Below, one piece after another: positions 1 through 10,322 of a DNA stretch of 52,765 nt. Every line of letters starts with the position of its first letter. The stretch's first letter is position 1. Source of the stretch: Candidatus Hodarchaeota archaeon (GTDB taxonomy: Archaea > Asgardarchaeota > Heimdallarchaeia > Hodarchaeales > Hodarchaeaceae); NCBI GenBank assembly GCA_029856365.1, contig JAHQWW010000016.1, forward strand, positions 1 through 52,765, given 5' to 3'. Under the pieces are notes generated by a model. That model had not been told where the DNA came from and did no database searches. It saw only the letters and a program-made list of their open reading frames with translations. Position numbers and translations under genes: made by a program.

Positions 1-636
1 GCTGATGATTTCATAATCACAATCAAAGGCAAAGGAGGACATGCGGCAGCCCCCCACCAAGCTGTTGATCCCACAGCAGTCTTAACTGATATTTACAATG
101 CTCTTCAGAAATTGATCAGTCGTGAAATTGATCCTTTTGCAAATGCTGTGCTTACTGCGCCCGTGTTTGAAGGGAGCGATGCTTTTAATGTTATCCCTCC
201 TCAAGCAACTTTAAAAGGAACATTTAGAACAATGGATCCTGAGGTTCGAAATCACATTATTAAACGAATGAAAGAAATTGTGCAAGGTTATAGTAAGGCG
301 TGGCGTTGCGAAGGAAACGTTGATTTTGGTATAATTGCTGCTTATCCCCCATTATTAAATGATAATCAAGCTGTTGATATATTAACAGATATACTTAACG
401 AATTGGATATTGTTACAACAATGGAGCCTACAATGGGAGGTGAAGACTTCGCTTTCTACCTTGAAAAGACTAAAGGTGCATTCCTAGGATTAGGAATTTA
501 TAATAAGGAAAAAGGTATTATCTATCCTCATCATCATCCAAAATTCGATGTGGACGAGGCAATTCTCTGGAAAGGAACGGCTATTCATTCTTTATTAGGC
601 TTTTATTCAAACTTTAGTAATACTAATGGAAAATAG
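1..636 (+). CDS. M20 family amidohydrolase/peptidase (5'-partial, runs off window start)
   Basis: Frame is open from base 1 (ADDFIITIKGKGGHAAAPHQ). GGEDFAFY and HHHPKFDVDE motifs are typical of M20D/Acy1-like enzymes. Confidence 0.9.
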   Translation, partial: ADDFIITIKGKGGHAAAPHQAVDPTAVLTDIYNALQKLISREIDPFANAVLTAPVFEGSDAFNVIPPQATLKGTFRTMDPEVRNHIIKRMKEIVQGYSKAWRCEGNVDFGIIAAYPPLLNDNQAVDILTDILNELDIVTTMEPTMGGEDFAFYLEKTKGAFLGLGIYNKEKGIIYPHHHPKFDVDEAILWKGTAIHSLLGFYSNFSNTNGK

Positions 637-638
637 AT

Positions 639-1499
639 TCACTCTTTTTTCCTAGTTTCCATCCGCCAGAAGAAAATCCAAGAAAAAATCATCGCTAGGA
701 TTGTGATTATTCCAAAGAAAGTAAAAGCGTTGGTTACATCAACACTTGTAACGAGACGTTCATCCTCGGTCATTAAAAAGAAGTTAGTAATGAAAAAAAC
801 GCGGAAATAGGTAGAAAATTCTAGTATTTCCTCTGTGGCAAACCCCAAATAGATAGAACTGAAAATAAAGAATGGAATTACAAAAAAGACGAATATTGGG
901 AAACCACTACCCATCCCGCTCAAAGACCTAAATTTCATAACCATTGTATTACCCAAAATGGTGATCGTTAAGGGTACGAGGGATACAATAATTAATATCA
1001 GAAATGCAGTTAAAAATTGATCTAATGTTATTGGAAGATCTTGCTGCCACATGATAAATGCTATTACACAAGCAATCCATGTAAAAATGCTTGTTACTAT
1101 TAACACAATCAGAGCTGTAACTGTTTTTCCTACAAAAAGTTCGAATCGTTTTGTAGATGAGAGTAAGATTTCGATAGCTGATTCATGGAGAAATAATTCT
1201 TGAATTACGACAATAGAAACTAGAATATTAATAATATAAGCAAATGTGACATAAATTTGCAACACATATCCAACAAACCATTGGTAGCCATTTCTGTGTA
1301 AATAGATCTCTAACGAGGCTGTCTGTCCAGCAAAGCTAACATACAAAAGAGTGGGGACAAAACAAAAAACTAACAGAAATAATGTTCGATTTGATAGCAA
1401 ATAACGAGTAGTATCGTATTTTAAGACAATAAAACAATTTCGTATTGATAACCATGTCTCAGAGATAAAATTTCTAAGGAATAAAACTACGTTGACCAA
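639..1499 (-). CDS. ABC transporter permease (ABC-2-like membrane protein)
   Basis: About 6 hydrophobic segments; 2 bp downstream of an ABC ATPase on the same strand. Confidence 0.7.
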   Translation of the reverse strand: MVNVVLFLRNFISETWLSIRNCFIVLKYDTTRYLLSNRTLFLLVFCFVPTLLYVSFAGQTASLEIYLHRNGYQWFVGYVLQIYVTFAYIINILVSIVVIQELFLHESAIEILLSSTKRFELFVGKTVTALIVLIVTSIFTWIACVIAFIMWQQDLPITLDQFLTAFLILIIVSLVPLTITILGNTMVMKFRSLSGMGSGFPIFVFFVIPFFIFSSIYLGFATEEILEFSTYFRVFFITNFFLMTEDERLVTSVDVTNAFTFFGIITILAMIFSWIFFWRMETRKKE

Positions 1500-1501
1500 A
1501 A

Positions 1502-2158
1502 TTATTCCCCTTTCTCAATCGGAAAACGTATTTCACGGAAATTGGTAAAATGTTCTTCATTGTGGGAAGCTGCAATAACAATATTATCATTCTCTACATA
1601 TTTATGTAAAAAAGATTTCAGTTTCATTCTCATCTCTTGGTCTAAGTTATTATATGGCTCATCAAGAAGTAAGACTTTCGGTTCGTTTAATAATGCGGAA
1701 CATAATCCTAATCTTTGGCGCATACCTTCACTATAAACGCTGGTATCAATATTACGCCATTTTTTTAGACCAAAATCGTCAAGTATTTCTGTTGCTCGTT
1801 TCTTAGGCTCCCTTATTCCTATCAATTTGCCTAGATAACATAAGAAAGTCAAACCAGATATTCCAATATGAAATTTACATTCTTCAGGCATAAAACCAAG
1901 TAAGTTCAATAGAGCTCTGCTTCTTCGTCTTGTATTGTAACCATAAATCAATATTTTTCCTTCAGAGGGCATTAATAATGTAGCTATCATACGTAAAAGA
2001 GTGGATTTTCCAGAGCCGTTAGGGCCAAGAAGGAGTACTGATTCACCTCTAGAAACTGTTAAAGACAGGTCATCGATTACTCTCACCTTAAGACCAGCCC
2101 TCCAAATACGGAAAATTTTACTGACATGTTGAACATGAATTTCAGTCAATATTTTCAT
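1502..2158 (-). CDS. ABC transporter ATP-binding protein
   Basis: Walker A GPNGSGKS, signature YSEGMRQR, Walker B LLLDEP, H-switch ASH. Confidence 0.92.
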   Translation of the reverse strand: MKILTEIHVQHVSKIFRIWRAGLKVRVIDDLSLTVSRGESVLLLGPNGSGKSTLLRMIATLLMPSEGKILIYGYNTRRRSRALLNLLGFMPEECKFHIGISGLTFLCYLGKLIGIREPKKRATEILDDFGLKKWRNIDTSVYSEGMRQRLGLCSALLNEPKVLLLDEPYNNLDQEMRMKLKSFLHKYVENDNIVIAASHNEEHFTNFREIRFPIEKGE

Positions 2159-2284
2159 CCTAAAGCCAGTGATTGTTGATTATCCTCCAAAAGCAATAAG
2201 TTTTTTGAAGTATTCTCAACTAGTAAAAAGTACACTCAAATTTAATTTGGTATAATTGTTAAAAGAGAAAGAGTTTTTCAATCA

Positions 2285-3133
2285 ATGGATAATTCAATAA
2301 TAATGAAATCATATAACAAATCCATAACAATCTTGCTAATTCTTCTCTTTATTAGCGTTTTTTATCCCCTTCGAGAAGTCTCTGCAATACCTGAAACAAA
2401 TCAACGATTAATACCTTTTATTGGGATGGCGGTTGATTATAAACTGAGTGTTATTATTGAAGGTCTTACTCCTCTCCCTATTCCAGTTACAGCAAATTGG
2501 ACTGTCACTTGGGAGCAATATAACAGATCAACACCCAATATCTTTATCTCTCATCTCATAGTGAAATCCTCATATATTCTCTTTTTCAGTATTCTGGAAC
2601 GAGAATCAGGCATCATTGTGGAGAATATTACTTCACGGCAAGTATTATATGTTGACTTAGCAAACACAACTTTTTTACAAATGTTGTACAATGTTTATTT
2701 TTCTCCCACTGAACCCAATTATACACCATTTTACATTAACACGACAGGAATTAAAATTAATGATCATATCAATATTTACAATTATATAATGTCTGTTATT
2801 ACTACTGACCGGATTTTAATATCAGATTTTGGATATAGGGATGTTTGGGTTATACAAGTAAACGTAACAGACCTCAGTTACGTCGAACACTTTATTAGCT
2901 TGGTTTATGATGATATTTCTGGTGTATTAGTAGGAGGAAGTATATATACCCATTGGTTTTCTGACGATCGCGTTTATCGAGTAAAGATTATTTGCCAATA
3001 TACTAATGCATTAGAACGACGACTGATAATAATTGAACCAAACAGAATGTTTGTTGTTATAGTGAGTTGTATACCAATCCTCCCTTCCCTAGTTAAGATC
3101 TCACGAATGAAAGAAATTAAAGGAGGGTTATAG
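2285..3133 (+). CDS. Hypothetical exported protein with signal peptide and C-terminal TM anchor
   Basis: N-terminal hydrophobic stretch ending VSA, beta-rich body with several NxS/T sites, C-terminal hydrophobic helix. Start may be the second Met (2303). Confidence 0.7.
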   Translation: MDNSIIMKSYNKSITILLILLFISVFYPLREVSAIPETNQRLIPFIGMAVDYKLSVIIEGLTPLPIPVTANWTVTWEQYNRSTPNIFISHLIVKSSYILFFSILERESGIIVENITSRQVLYVDLANTTFLQMLYNVYFSPTEPNYTPFYINTTGIKINDHINIYNYIMSVITTDRILISDFGYRDVWVIQVNVTDLSYVEHFISLVYDDISGVLVGGSIYTHWFSDDRVYRVKIICQYTNALERRLIIIEPNRMFVVIVSCIPILPSLVKISRMKEIKGGL

Positions 3134-3152
3134 AACAATAGGATGTGAAAAC

Positions 3153-3977
3153 TTGCCACATATCAAAGTCAGTGACATCGAGATTTATTATGAAATCCAT
3201 GGGCAAGGCCAACCATTGGTCTTTATTCATGGAGCTTTTGTTAGCTCTACAATGTGGAGACCTCAAATCGATTTCTTTGCTAAGAATTTTCAAACTGTTA
3301 CTTATGATATCCGAGGTCATGGCAAGACTGGGCTTTCTTCTTTGAAAAAATACTCTATAGAACTTTATGCAGATGATTTATACAATTTACTCGAGATTCT
3401 AAACATTAATAGACCAATAATATGTGGATTAAGTCTTGGAGGAATGATTACTCAAGTATTCGCCACAAAATATCCAGAAAGATATACTGCTCTGATATTA
3501 GCAGATACAGCGGCTACTATTACTCTCACACGATGGGATTATATCATGCGCTACCTTGTTGGCCCAAAATGGCTGATGCTACTTTCTTTAAGAATGATAG
3601 GAGTTAAGAGATTTATTAGATTTTCATTTTGGTTAGCTAAATTTACACGAAGTAAAGAATGGGTTGGTAATGAAGAGATAGTAAAATATGAGAAAAGTGA
3701 AATGTTGAGTTTAGATAAAAAAGAATATCTTAAAATTTTCGGGTCTTTATATGATTTTAAACTTCAAGAATTATCTCGAGTTAAAGTACCTACCCTTGTA
3801 TTAAATGGGGAACACGAAGCTAAAAGTATTTTTAAACATGCAGAGACAATAAAGAGTTTAATTCCTGATTGTGATGTTGAAATCATAAAAAATGCTGGAC
3901 ATACTTCAAACATGGAGAATCCTGAAGAATATAATAAGAAGATTGCTGATTTTTTAAAGAAAAATAATTTTTATTAG
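3153..3977 (+). CDS. Alpha/beta hydrolase
   Basis: HG oxyanion motif, YDIRGHG, nucleophile GLSLGG, catalytic His in AGH. Confidence 0.92.
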   Translation: MPHIKVSDIEIYYEIHGQGQPLVFIHGAFVSSTMWRPQIDFFAKNFQTVTYDIRGHGKTGLSSLKKYSIELYADDLYNLLEILNINRPIICGLSLGGMITQVFATKYPERYTALILADTAATITLTRWDYIMRYLVGPKWLMLLSLRMIGVKRFIRFSFWLAKFTRSKEWVGNEEIVKYEKSEMLSLDKKEYLKIFGSLYDFKLQELSRVKVPTLVLNGEHEAKSIFKHAETIKSLIPDCDVEIIKNAGHTSNMENPEEYNKKIADFLKKNNFY

Positions 3978-4096
3978 AAGTCTTATTTTTAGTAATTCTC
4001 TTGATTACGGAAAAATTCACAAATTGCCAAAATCAATCTGTCTTTATAACCTGCCAGTTTTTCGCTTTATTTAGCCTTTGTCACGAGGATAATTCC

Positions 4097-5398
4097 GTGA
4101 TTATCACAAAGTTCCTTGGAATCCAAACGCTTCCTGAAAAAGCAGCTACATTAATACATACTTACCTTTTACTTAGCCTTAGTGGCGCATTTCTTGGAAA
4201 CTTATCCAGTACTTTTTTTATCCTGTTTGCCTATGATCAAATTGGGATTTCTCAAGCAAGTATTGTAATATCTGTGATGTTACTCGTTCAATTGATCACA
4301 GATTACCCCAGTGGGTCTTTGGGTGATTGGATCGGCCAGAGATGGGTATTGACTATTGCTATGTCGTGTTATGGTGTATTCTACTACCTTCTCACAATAA
4401 CCGAAACTTTCTCAGGTTTTCTCGTTCTTGCTTTCTTTAATGGTTTAGCAAATGCACAGGCTTCTGGAGCCTTAGAAAGCTGGTTAGATAATAATTTTCA
4501 AAAAGCTGTTGGAAATACCGATCCTGAAAGAAAAATTTATGGGTTCAGTATAGCCCGTATTACAAGTATGATTCGGATTATTATGGCTTTGTCGTTCATC
4601 ATTGGAGGAGCATTAGCAACACTGATATCTCGAGAGCATGTATTTTTCATCCAAGCGTACCTATCATTTATTATGATTATCTTGATTTTATTTCTTGTAA
4701 AAGATGTTAAAGCGGACATTATAGAAGAATCTCAACAATTACAACCATCTGGAAAGGAATTCTTAGGATTTCTCTTAGGTGGTTTCAGATTCCTCATATC
4801 TAGCAAAACAGCATTCTTCTTTTTAGTAGGAATGTCCATGGTTTTTGCATCTTTTAATGTTTGGGGCACTCTGATTCTTTTTCCTATTTATTTTGGTTAT
4901 ACTGGATCAGATGGACTGGCTAGCGTGTTTAGGACTATATTATTCTTCGTAGGAATACCAGTAGGTATTGTCATGGCAAATGTGAGTAAGAAATTTTCAA
5001 ATGACAAGGTTCCTCATTTTTACTTCTTGGGGATTTTATTATATTTCCCACCATTTGTGGTCTTACTTTCTATTATTCCAATAACAAACAGTTTCAACTT
5101 TTTAGGACTTATTTTCACGTCATTGATACTGACCTCTTCGATTAATTGTCTTCTAGATGTAGCAAACATCTTAAGGGGAAGAATGTTGCTGGATTTAGTA
5201 CCATCAGAAAACCGAAACGCAGTTTATTCGTTAATTCCAACTATCATTTCGGTTTTTGCAATTCCCTTACTTCCAATAGCGGGCACACTAATTGAGAATT
5301 TTGGTTTACGAGCAGGAATAATAGTTTCACTTGTTCTTAGCTTCATAGGTGCTTTTTTAATATTTTTCAGCCTTTATTTTAAGAAAAAATCATACTAG
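4097..5398 (+). CDS. MFS transporter
   Basis: About 12 TM helices; motif A-like DYPSGSLGDWIGQR. Start moved to GTG 4097, which follows GAGG. Confidence 0.85.
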   Translation: MIITKFLGIQTLPEKAATLIHTYLLLSLSGAFLGNLSSTFFILFAYDQIGISQASIVISVMLLVQLITDYPSGSLGDWIGQRWVLTIAMSCYGVFYYLLTITETFSGFLVLAFFNGLANAQASGALESWLDNNFQKAVGNTDPERKIYGFSIARITSMIRIIMALSFIIGGALATLISREHVFFIQAYLSFIMIILILFLVKDVKADIIEESQQLQPSGKEFLGFLLGGFRFLISSKTAFFFLVGMSMVFASFNVWGTLILFPIYFGYTGSDGLASVFRTILFFVGIPVGIVMANVSKKFSNDKVPHFYFLGILLYFPPFVVLLSIIPITNSFNFLGLIFTSLILTSSINCLLDVANILRGRMLLDLVPSENRNAVYSLIPTIISVFAIPLLPIAGTLIENFGLRAGIIVSLVLSFIGAFLIFFSLYFKKKSY

Positions 5399-5501
5399 AT
5401 ATTGTTACTCAACCCAACGATAATGTTGAACTAGATTTATTCTGACTAGTTAGCGTCATGAAAATTTATGTAAAGTCTGTCTAGACAATAAAAACTGATG
5501 A

Positions 5502-5747
5502 TTAATCCGTTAGCGTTATAAGGGGAGGATTGGTAGAAAAAGAATCACTGATTGTATCCTTGAAACTATCAATGGTGAGGGCATTACCAGCTTCATCTTG
5601 GATTGTAAATTGAGCTTCTTTCACGAGAATTTCAAATACTTCGTAAGCCATAGTTGGGTAGAAAGTGTTACCTGTGAAAGTTCCTAGCGAAATAATCTGA
5701 GGAGGTTCTTTAGGTGGTCTTCTTTCCAAATAATAGTTAGGACTCAT
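5502..5747 (-). CDS. Small hypothetical protein (81 aa)
   Basis: ATG start, fills the intergenic gap, GGAG upstream; no recognisable motif. Confidence 0.5.
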   Translation of the reverse strand: MSPNYYLERRPPKEPPQIISLGTFTGNTFYPTMAYEVFEILVKEAQFTIQDEAGNALTIDSFKDTISDSFSTNPPLITLTD

Positions 5748-5806
5748 TTTCTTTCATACTCCTTTTGATAAGACGTTTTATTTCCACTATCAACAAGCTT
5801 TAACAA

Positions 5807-5875
5807 AAGATAACATCATCCTATGAATTCTGTGATATGCAAGTAAAACAAAAAGATAACATGAGATGTTATCTT
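5807..5875. promoter_or_regulatory. Candidate operator: AAGATAACAT half-site plus perfect inverted repeat AAGATAACAT-GAG-ATGTTATCTT
   Basis: Three copies of the 10-mer (5807-5816, 5853-5862, inverted 5866-5875) upstream of the 81-aa ORF. Confidence 0.4.
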
Positions 5876-5956
5876 GAGAGTACCGAAATAATATGTAGAA
5901 AAAGGCTTGGAAGATAGAAAAAAAATGAGGATTACACATCAAGATCATTGAGGATC

Positions 5957-8365
5957 TTAATTGGCCATCCGATTATAAAGCATGTCAGGCAGAGAGCTCC
6001 GCCAGGTTCTCCAGGCAATAAGAGTTGTTGCTAAAAACACACAAAGACAAATGATAACAGCAACAAAAGCCCATAATTCAACTGGAATTACTGAGGGAAG
6101 ATACAACTCTGGAAAAATAAATTCATAAGTGGGCTTTAATAAGGCGAAACTAATCGGAACACCAATGAAAAACCCAAAAAACCCATAAATTAAGTTCTCT
6201 GTGAAAATAATTCTTAAAATGGTTCTATGTTTCGCTCCCATTGCTCTTAACGCTAAGAATTCCATTTCACGCTCCATCATAGCAATTGACATTGATGAAA
6301 AGGTGAATAGAACCAAAGTGGCTAAACCCAGAAGAGCAACCAATACTAAAAGTTGCATAAACATGTTTAAAAATTCAAGAATTGTGCTTTTTGCCTCAGA
6401 ACTATCAAGATAGACGTAAGGATTGAATCTTTCTTGAATAAATTGTTTAATCTGATTTTTATCATCGTTTGATATAGTTTCACTAAATGTGAATGCAAAA
6501 GCTGTAACATTCTCCTTAATCCCAATATGATGAATATCAGAAACAGATTGTTGAATTGCTTCTATAGTCCATAAAATTGTATTTTCTGCTATTTCACCTG
6601 TGATTCCAGCTACTTCAACTGTTAAATTAGATTGTAAATTAAAACTGAAAGAAATCTGATCTCCCGGTTTTACCTCGAGATCATTTGCTAAATTATTGCC
6701 AATAAGGATTTCATATTTAGAGAGCAATTTCTCTCCCGCTATAACATTATAGTCTCTTAATGACGCATTTTGATGAAAAGCTTGTAGCGGAACTCGTTGA
6801 TTACCTATCCAAACTGATGTATACACAAATCCTTCTATTTCGGTTATTCCTGTAATAGTTTGATGAATCCACTGTTTGATCTCAGTTTCAGATGTTGGTG
6901 TTGATAAAATGACCTTAGCGTCATATTTCTCATACAATTCATAATTTTGATCTAAGGCATAGATGTAATCAAAAAATAAGCTGGCGGAAATAACTAAAAT
7001 CACCATAGATGCAGAAACGACTAATGCAGTCGATAGTGAGCGTCTTTTATTCATAAAAACCGACCTGAGAGGAATTTTAGAAGCTAGTCCTTTGAAAATC
7101 CTGAACGGACTCAATAATCGTTCTAAAAACGGCTCTCTCCCAAGTTCACTAGTAGAATATGGAGCCCTTAACGCTTCATGAGGAGTTATTTGTAACACGG
7201 GAAGCGTAGCCAATATTGAAAATATCAGTATTAGGAAAATTGCCAAGAGAGTAATAATAACGAAGTTTGAAGGATTAGATGATACAGTTATGACAACCAG
7301 ACCAAAAACACTTACAGCTACATTGATTAACACGAATGTTGTTAGTGTAGCGCCGATCCACCCGAGAATAATCCCAATTATACCAAGCATTAAACCTGAA
7401 CTGGTATAATGGACAAGAATAGCACGGTTTTTTGCACCTAATGCTCCATATAAACCAATGTGGGTTCGCTGGGCTATTATTAACTTGCTTAAGGAATTAT
7501 AAATTGCAATGGAGCCTACAATCAAAGCGAAAATGCCAAAGACGACTCCAATATTTTCCATTGCATCCGTTCGAAGCTCTAACCAACCTCGTTCCATTGA
7601 TTCATCCCAATAAATTACGTTTTGAATTCTATTCTCACCCAATAATGAAGAAAGAGCTTGATCTGCTTTCTGATTTGCAGCATTTGACCTTTCTTGAGTT
7701 TTAACAAGAATTTCATTTACTCCAGTTAGATTAAACTTTTGTTGAAGGATTTCAAGAGGTATATAGATAATACACAATTCTCCTAAAGTGATGGCATTTG
7801 TTTGTTCATCTACGACAAAAATATATTCAGAATCAGCAACAAATCCTGCAATTCTTACGTTAACAATAGAATTTCGAAAATTAATAGAAAGATGGTCGTT
7901 TAATTTAGCTTGAGCTCCAAGTGGGAGAATGTTACCAAAATGTTGTTCTACTAATACCTGATCATCAGAGATTGGATCATCCCCAACCCGCAATTTCAAT
8001 TTGTTAATCCTAGCATTATCAAAATTAATTCCGATTAAATAAGCTTTATGGATCTTATCCTTGTAATTGACTGTAGAATACTCAAATATCCGACCTTCTA
8101 GGTCAGTAATTCCTGCAGCTTCTTTCTCAGACTCAGATAAGAGTAATGACACATTATTTTCAGGGATGTAACCTGATAAACGAATTCTGAGGTCAGCATT
8201 ATTCAGTTGTTTATTTGTAGCTTCCACCGACACCATAGCAGAGTTTTTTAAATTTATCAATCCTAATCCCAAGGTAAGTGCAAGGAATACAGTTAAAATG
8301 ATCATAATAGAGCGGAATTTGTTGAATTGAATGTCTCTAAAGATCTTCATAGTTAAGATTTTCAA
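5957..8365 (-). CDS. FtsX/MacB-like ABC transporter permease (duplicated 2x architecture)
   Basis: Two repeats of TM + large extracellular domain + FtsX segment (QRTHIGLYGALGA; EREMEFLALRAMGA); follows a LolD-like ATPase. Confidence 0.88.
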   Translation of the reverse strand: MKILTMKIFRDIQFNKFRSIMIILTVFLALTLGLGLINLKNSAMVSVEATNKQLNNADLRIRLSGYIPENNVSLLLSESEKEAAGITDLEGRIFEYSTVNYKDKIHKAYLIGINFDNARINKLKLRVGDDPISDDQVLVEQHFGNILPLGAQAKLNDHLSINFRNSIVNVRIAGFVADSEYIFVVDEQTNAITLGELCIIYIPLEILQQKFNLTGVNEILVKTQERSNAANQKADQALSSLLGENRIQNVIYWDESMERGWLELRTDAMENIGVVFGIFALIVGSIAIYNSLSKLIIAQRTHIGLYGALGAKNRAILVHYTSSGLMLGIIGIILGWIGATLTTFVLINVAVSVFGLVVITVSSNPSNFVIITLLAIFLILIFSILATLPVLQITPHEALRAPYSTSELGREPFLERLLSPFRIFKGLASKIPLRSVFMNKRRSLSTALVVSASMVILVISASLFFDYIYALDQNYELYEKYDAKVILSTPTSETEIKQWIHQTITGITEIEGFVYTSVWIGNQRVPLQAFHQNASLRDYNVIAGEKLLSKYEILIGNNLANDLEVKPGDQISFSFNLQSNLTVEVAGITGEIAENTILWTIEAIQQSVSDIHHIGIKENVTAFAFTFSETISNDDKNQIKQFIQERFNPYVYLDSSEAKSTILEFLNMFMQLLVLVALLGLATLVLFTFSSMSIAMMEREMEFLALRAMGAKHRTILRIIFTENLIYGFFGFFIGVPISFALLKPTYEFIFPELYLPSVIPVELWAFVAVIICLCVFLATTLIAWRTWRSSLPDMLYNRMAN

Positions 8366-8389
8366 GATGGTTGCACCTTCCGCTTAGAT

Positions 8390-9088
8390 CTACTTTGAAT
8401 GATCTTCTACAGTTTCAATCTGTCCATCCCGAAGGTAGAACACCCGTTGAGCTTTTTCTGTGATATTGATATCATGAGAGACAACAAGATAGGTTCCGCC
8501 AAACTGTTCATTGAGATCCTTCATTAAATCAGCAATTTTTTCTCCTGTGACAAAATCAAGGTTTCCAGTGGGCTCGTCCGCAACGATAATTTCAGGATTC
8601 TTTACTAGTGCTCGGGCGATCGCAACTCGCTGTTGTTCTCCCCCTGATAATTGACTCGGAAAACGATCTGTTTTATCACCGAGACCCACGGCTTTTAACA
8701 TATCACAAGCACGGCTTTTAATGTTTTCTCGATCCCCCTTAAATTCAAGAGCCAATGCAACATTTTCCCAAGCGCGAAGAGAAGGAATGAGGTTAAAGAA
8801 TTGAAAAATCCACCCAACTCGGTTCCGTCGATAGTCTCCCAACTGTCCAGTTCCCCATTCAGTGATTTCTTCTCCCTTAACTTTGATAGTACCTTTTGTT
8901 GGGGAGTCAATTCCACCTATTTGGTTAAGTAAAGTTGTTTTTCCTGATCCTGATGGTCCAAGTACAACAATAAATTCACCTTCATATACTTCCATTGAAA
9001 CACCGCGCAAGGCATGAACTATATGATCACCTAAGGCGAAATCACGATGTACATCTGATAAAACTACCATCGGTTCTTTTAATGCCAT
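8390..9088 (-). CDS. LolD/MacB-type ABC ATP-binding protein
   Basis: GPSGSGKT, FQFFNL Q-loop, LSGGEQQRVAIARAL, ADEPTGNLD. Confidence 0.95.
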   Translation of the reverse strand: MALKEPMVVLSDVHRDFALGDHIVHALRGVSMEVYEGEFIVVLGPSGSGKTTLLNQIGGIDSPTKGTIKVKGEEITEWGTGQLGDYRRNRVGWIFQFFNLIPSLRAWENVALALEFKGDRENIKSRACDMLKAVGLGDKTDRFPSQLSGGEQQRVAIARALVKNPEIIVADEPTGNLDFVTGEKIADLMKDLNEQFGGTYLVVSHDINITEKAQRVFYLRDGQIETVEDHSK

Positions 9089-9270
9089 TATAAACCACTT
9101 TTAATAGTTTTCCCAATTTTGGAATTTCTAAGTTCTCACTTATGGAAAACATTTAAAAACTTATAGATTCAAGCAATCATAACTAGTGATATATTAGTTA
9201 TTTACTTATCAATAGATTTAACAATAGATTTGCAGTTATATACATTTGGGTCTTTCTGGAGGAAAATATT

Positions 9271-10170
9271 CTGACCGAAAACACTTCATCCCTAAAAAAC
9301 ACTCAATTATCTCTGGCAGACGTTGTAGATTTGTCATTTGTTCAGATATACTTACTTAATATCTTAATTTCCTATTCAACAGGAGCTATTCGATTTACGT
9401 TATTAAACCAAATCAATGATGTATTCTTTCATGAAAAACCTCTAGCACCATCAACGTTTTATAATAGTTTGCAGAGACTTGAGAAAAAAGGATTTGTTTC
9501 TTTTCAAGAGGATGGAAAGAGTGGAAAAGGAAAAAGTGTTCAGGCAACACTCCTGGGTAAAATAGCAATCCAAATGATCACTCAAATGATGATTTTTAAT
9601 ATTTGGGACATAGGAACAATTTTAAAAGAGATTGTCCCTGAAATAATTTCAAAAACTAAATTAACACATGTTCATTCTACTCTTCTAATCCATTTTGATG
9701 AATTATTAAATGTAGAATTATTTGATGAATTCTATTATCCATACTCTGAAGAACTTTATGTCTTGGCTGACGACGAATATTATGATAGATATTTAAAACG
9801 AGGAATAACAGAGGTACACCAATCGAAATTCCGAAATAAGATGATTCGTGAGCCGAATAACTTTTTTGACACTACATTTTTAGTACGATACCGAAAAACT
9901 GATAAATTTGGGATTTCAGAAACTAAAATGCTTCAGGAAACATTAAGGGTTACAAAATCAAATGGAAAGCTAATAATCATATCAATTAATGACATCCCCC
10001 GATCAAATCACTTTATTCCAGATGCCTTTGGACAATTTGTCGATCAAAATCCATTCTTTTTTTCAATAAATGAACAGGATTTAAAATCTGATTTCAAAGA
10101 GGTAGGTATTCAAAACCTGAATGTACATAACATTAATGGAATAATAGTTGCATGGATTAACGTTCCTTAA
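9271..10170 (+). CDS. PadR-like winged-HTH regulator fused to a degenerate class I methyltransferase-like domain
   Basis: PSTFYNSLQRLEKKGFV wHTH motif; C-terminal NNFFD...LQETLRVTKSNGKLIII. Start uncertain: CTG 9271 (after GGAGG) or TTG 9331. Confidence 0.65.
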   Translation: MTENTSSLKNTQLSLADVVDLSFVQIYLLNILISYSTGAIRFTLLNQINDVFFHEKPLAPSTFYNSLQRLEKKGFVSFQEDGKSGKGKSVQATLLGKIAIQMITQMMIFNIWDIGTILKEIVPEIISKTKLTHVHSTLLIHFDELLNVELFDEFYYPYSEELYVLADDEYYDRYLKRGITEVHQSKFRNKMIREPNNFFDTTFLVRYRKTDKFGISETKMLQETLRVTKSNGKLIIISINDIPRSNHFIPDAFGQFVDQNPFFFSINEQDLKSDFKEVGIQNLNVHNINGIIVAWINVP

Positions 10171-10322
10171 AAGAGTAGCGAAGGCCCTATTATTAAGTCA
10201 TCCATATTATATGGATCTACATACCTTGTATTCTCTGTCACCAAATAAGGTTCAATAAACACCACTTATTCAGGTTGTTAGAGAAAAGCTGAGTTTAGCT
10301 CCTGATATTTTGTTCAACTGAG

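Noticed and set aside
9180-9231. TAACTA-N9-TAGTTA palindrome and CAATAGATTT direct repeat in the ABC/PadR divergent region
   Set aside because: Plausible operator, but short and AT-rich enough to arise by chance; not called as a feature.
10200-10216. Palindrome ATCCATAT-T-ATATGGAT downstream of the histone gene as a histone mRNA stem-loop
   Set aside because: 1-nt spacer, AT-rich, about 110 nt from the stop, and unlike the metazoan 6-bp/4-nt stem-loop.
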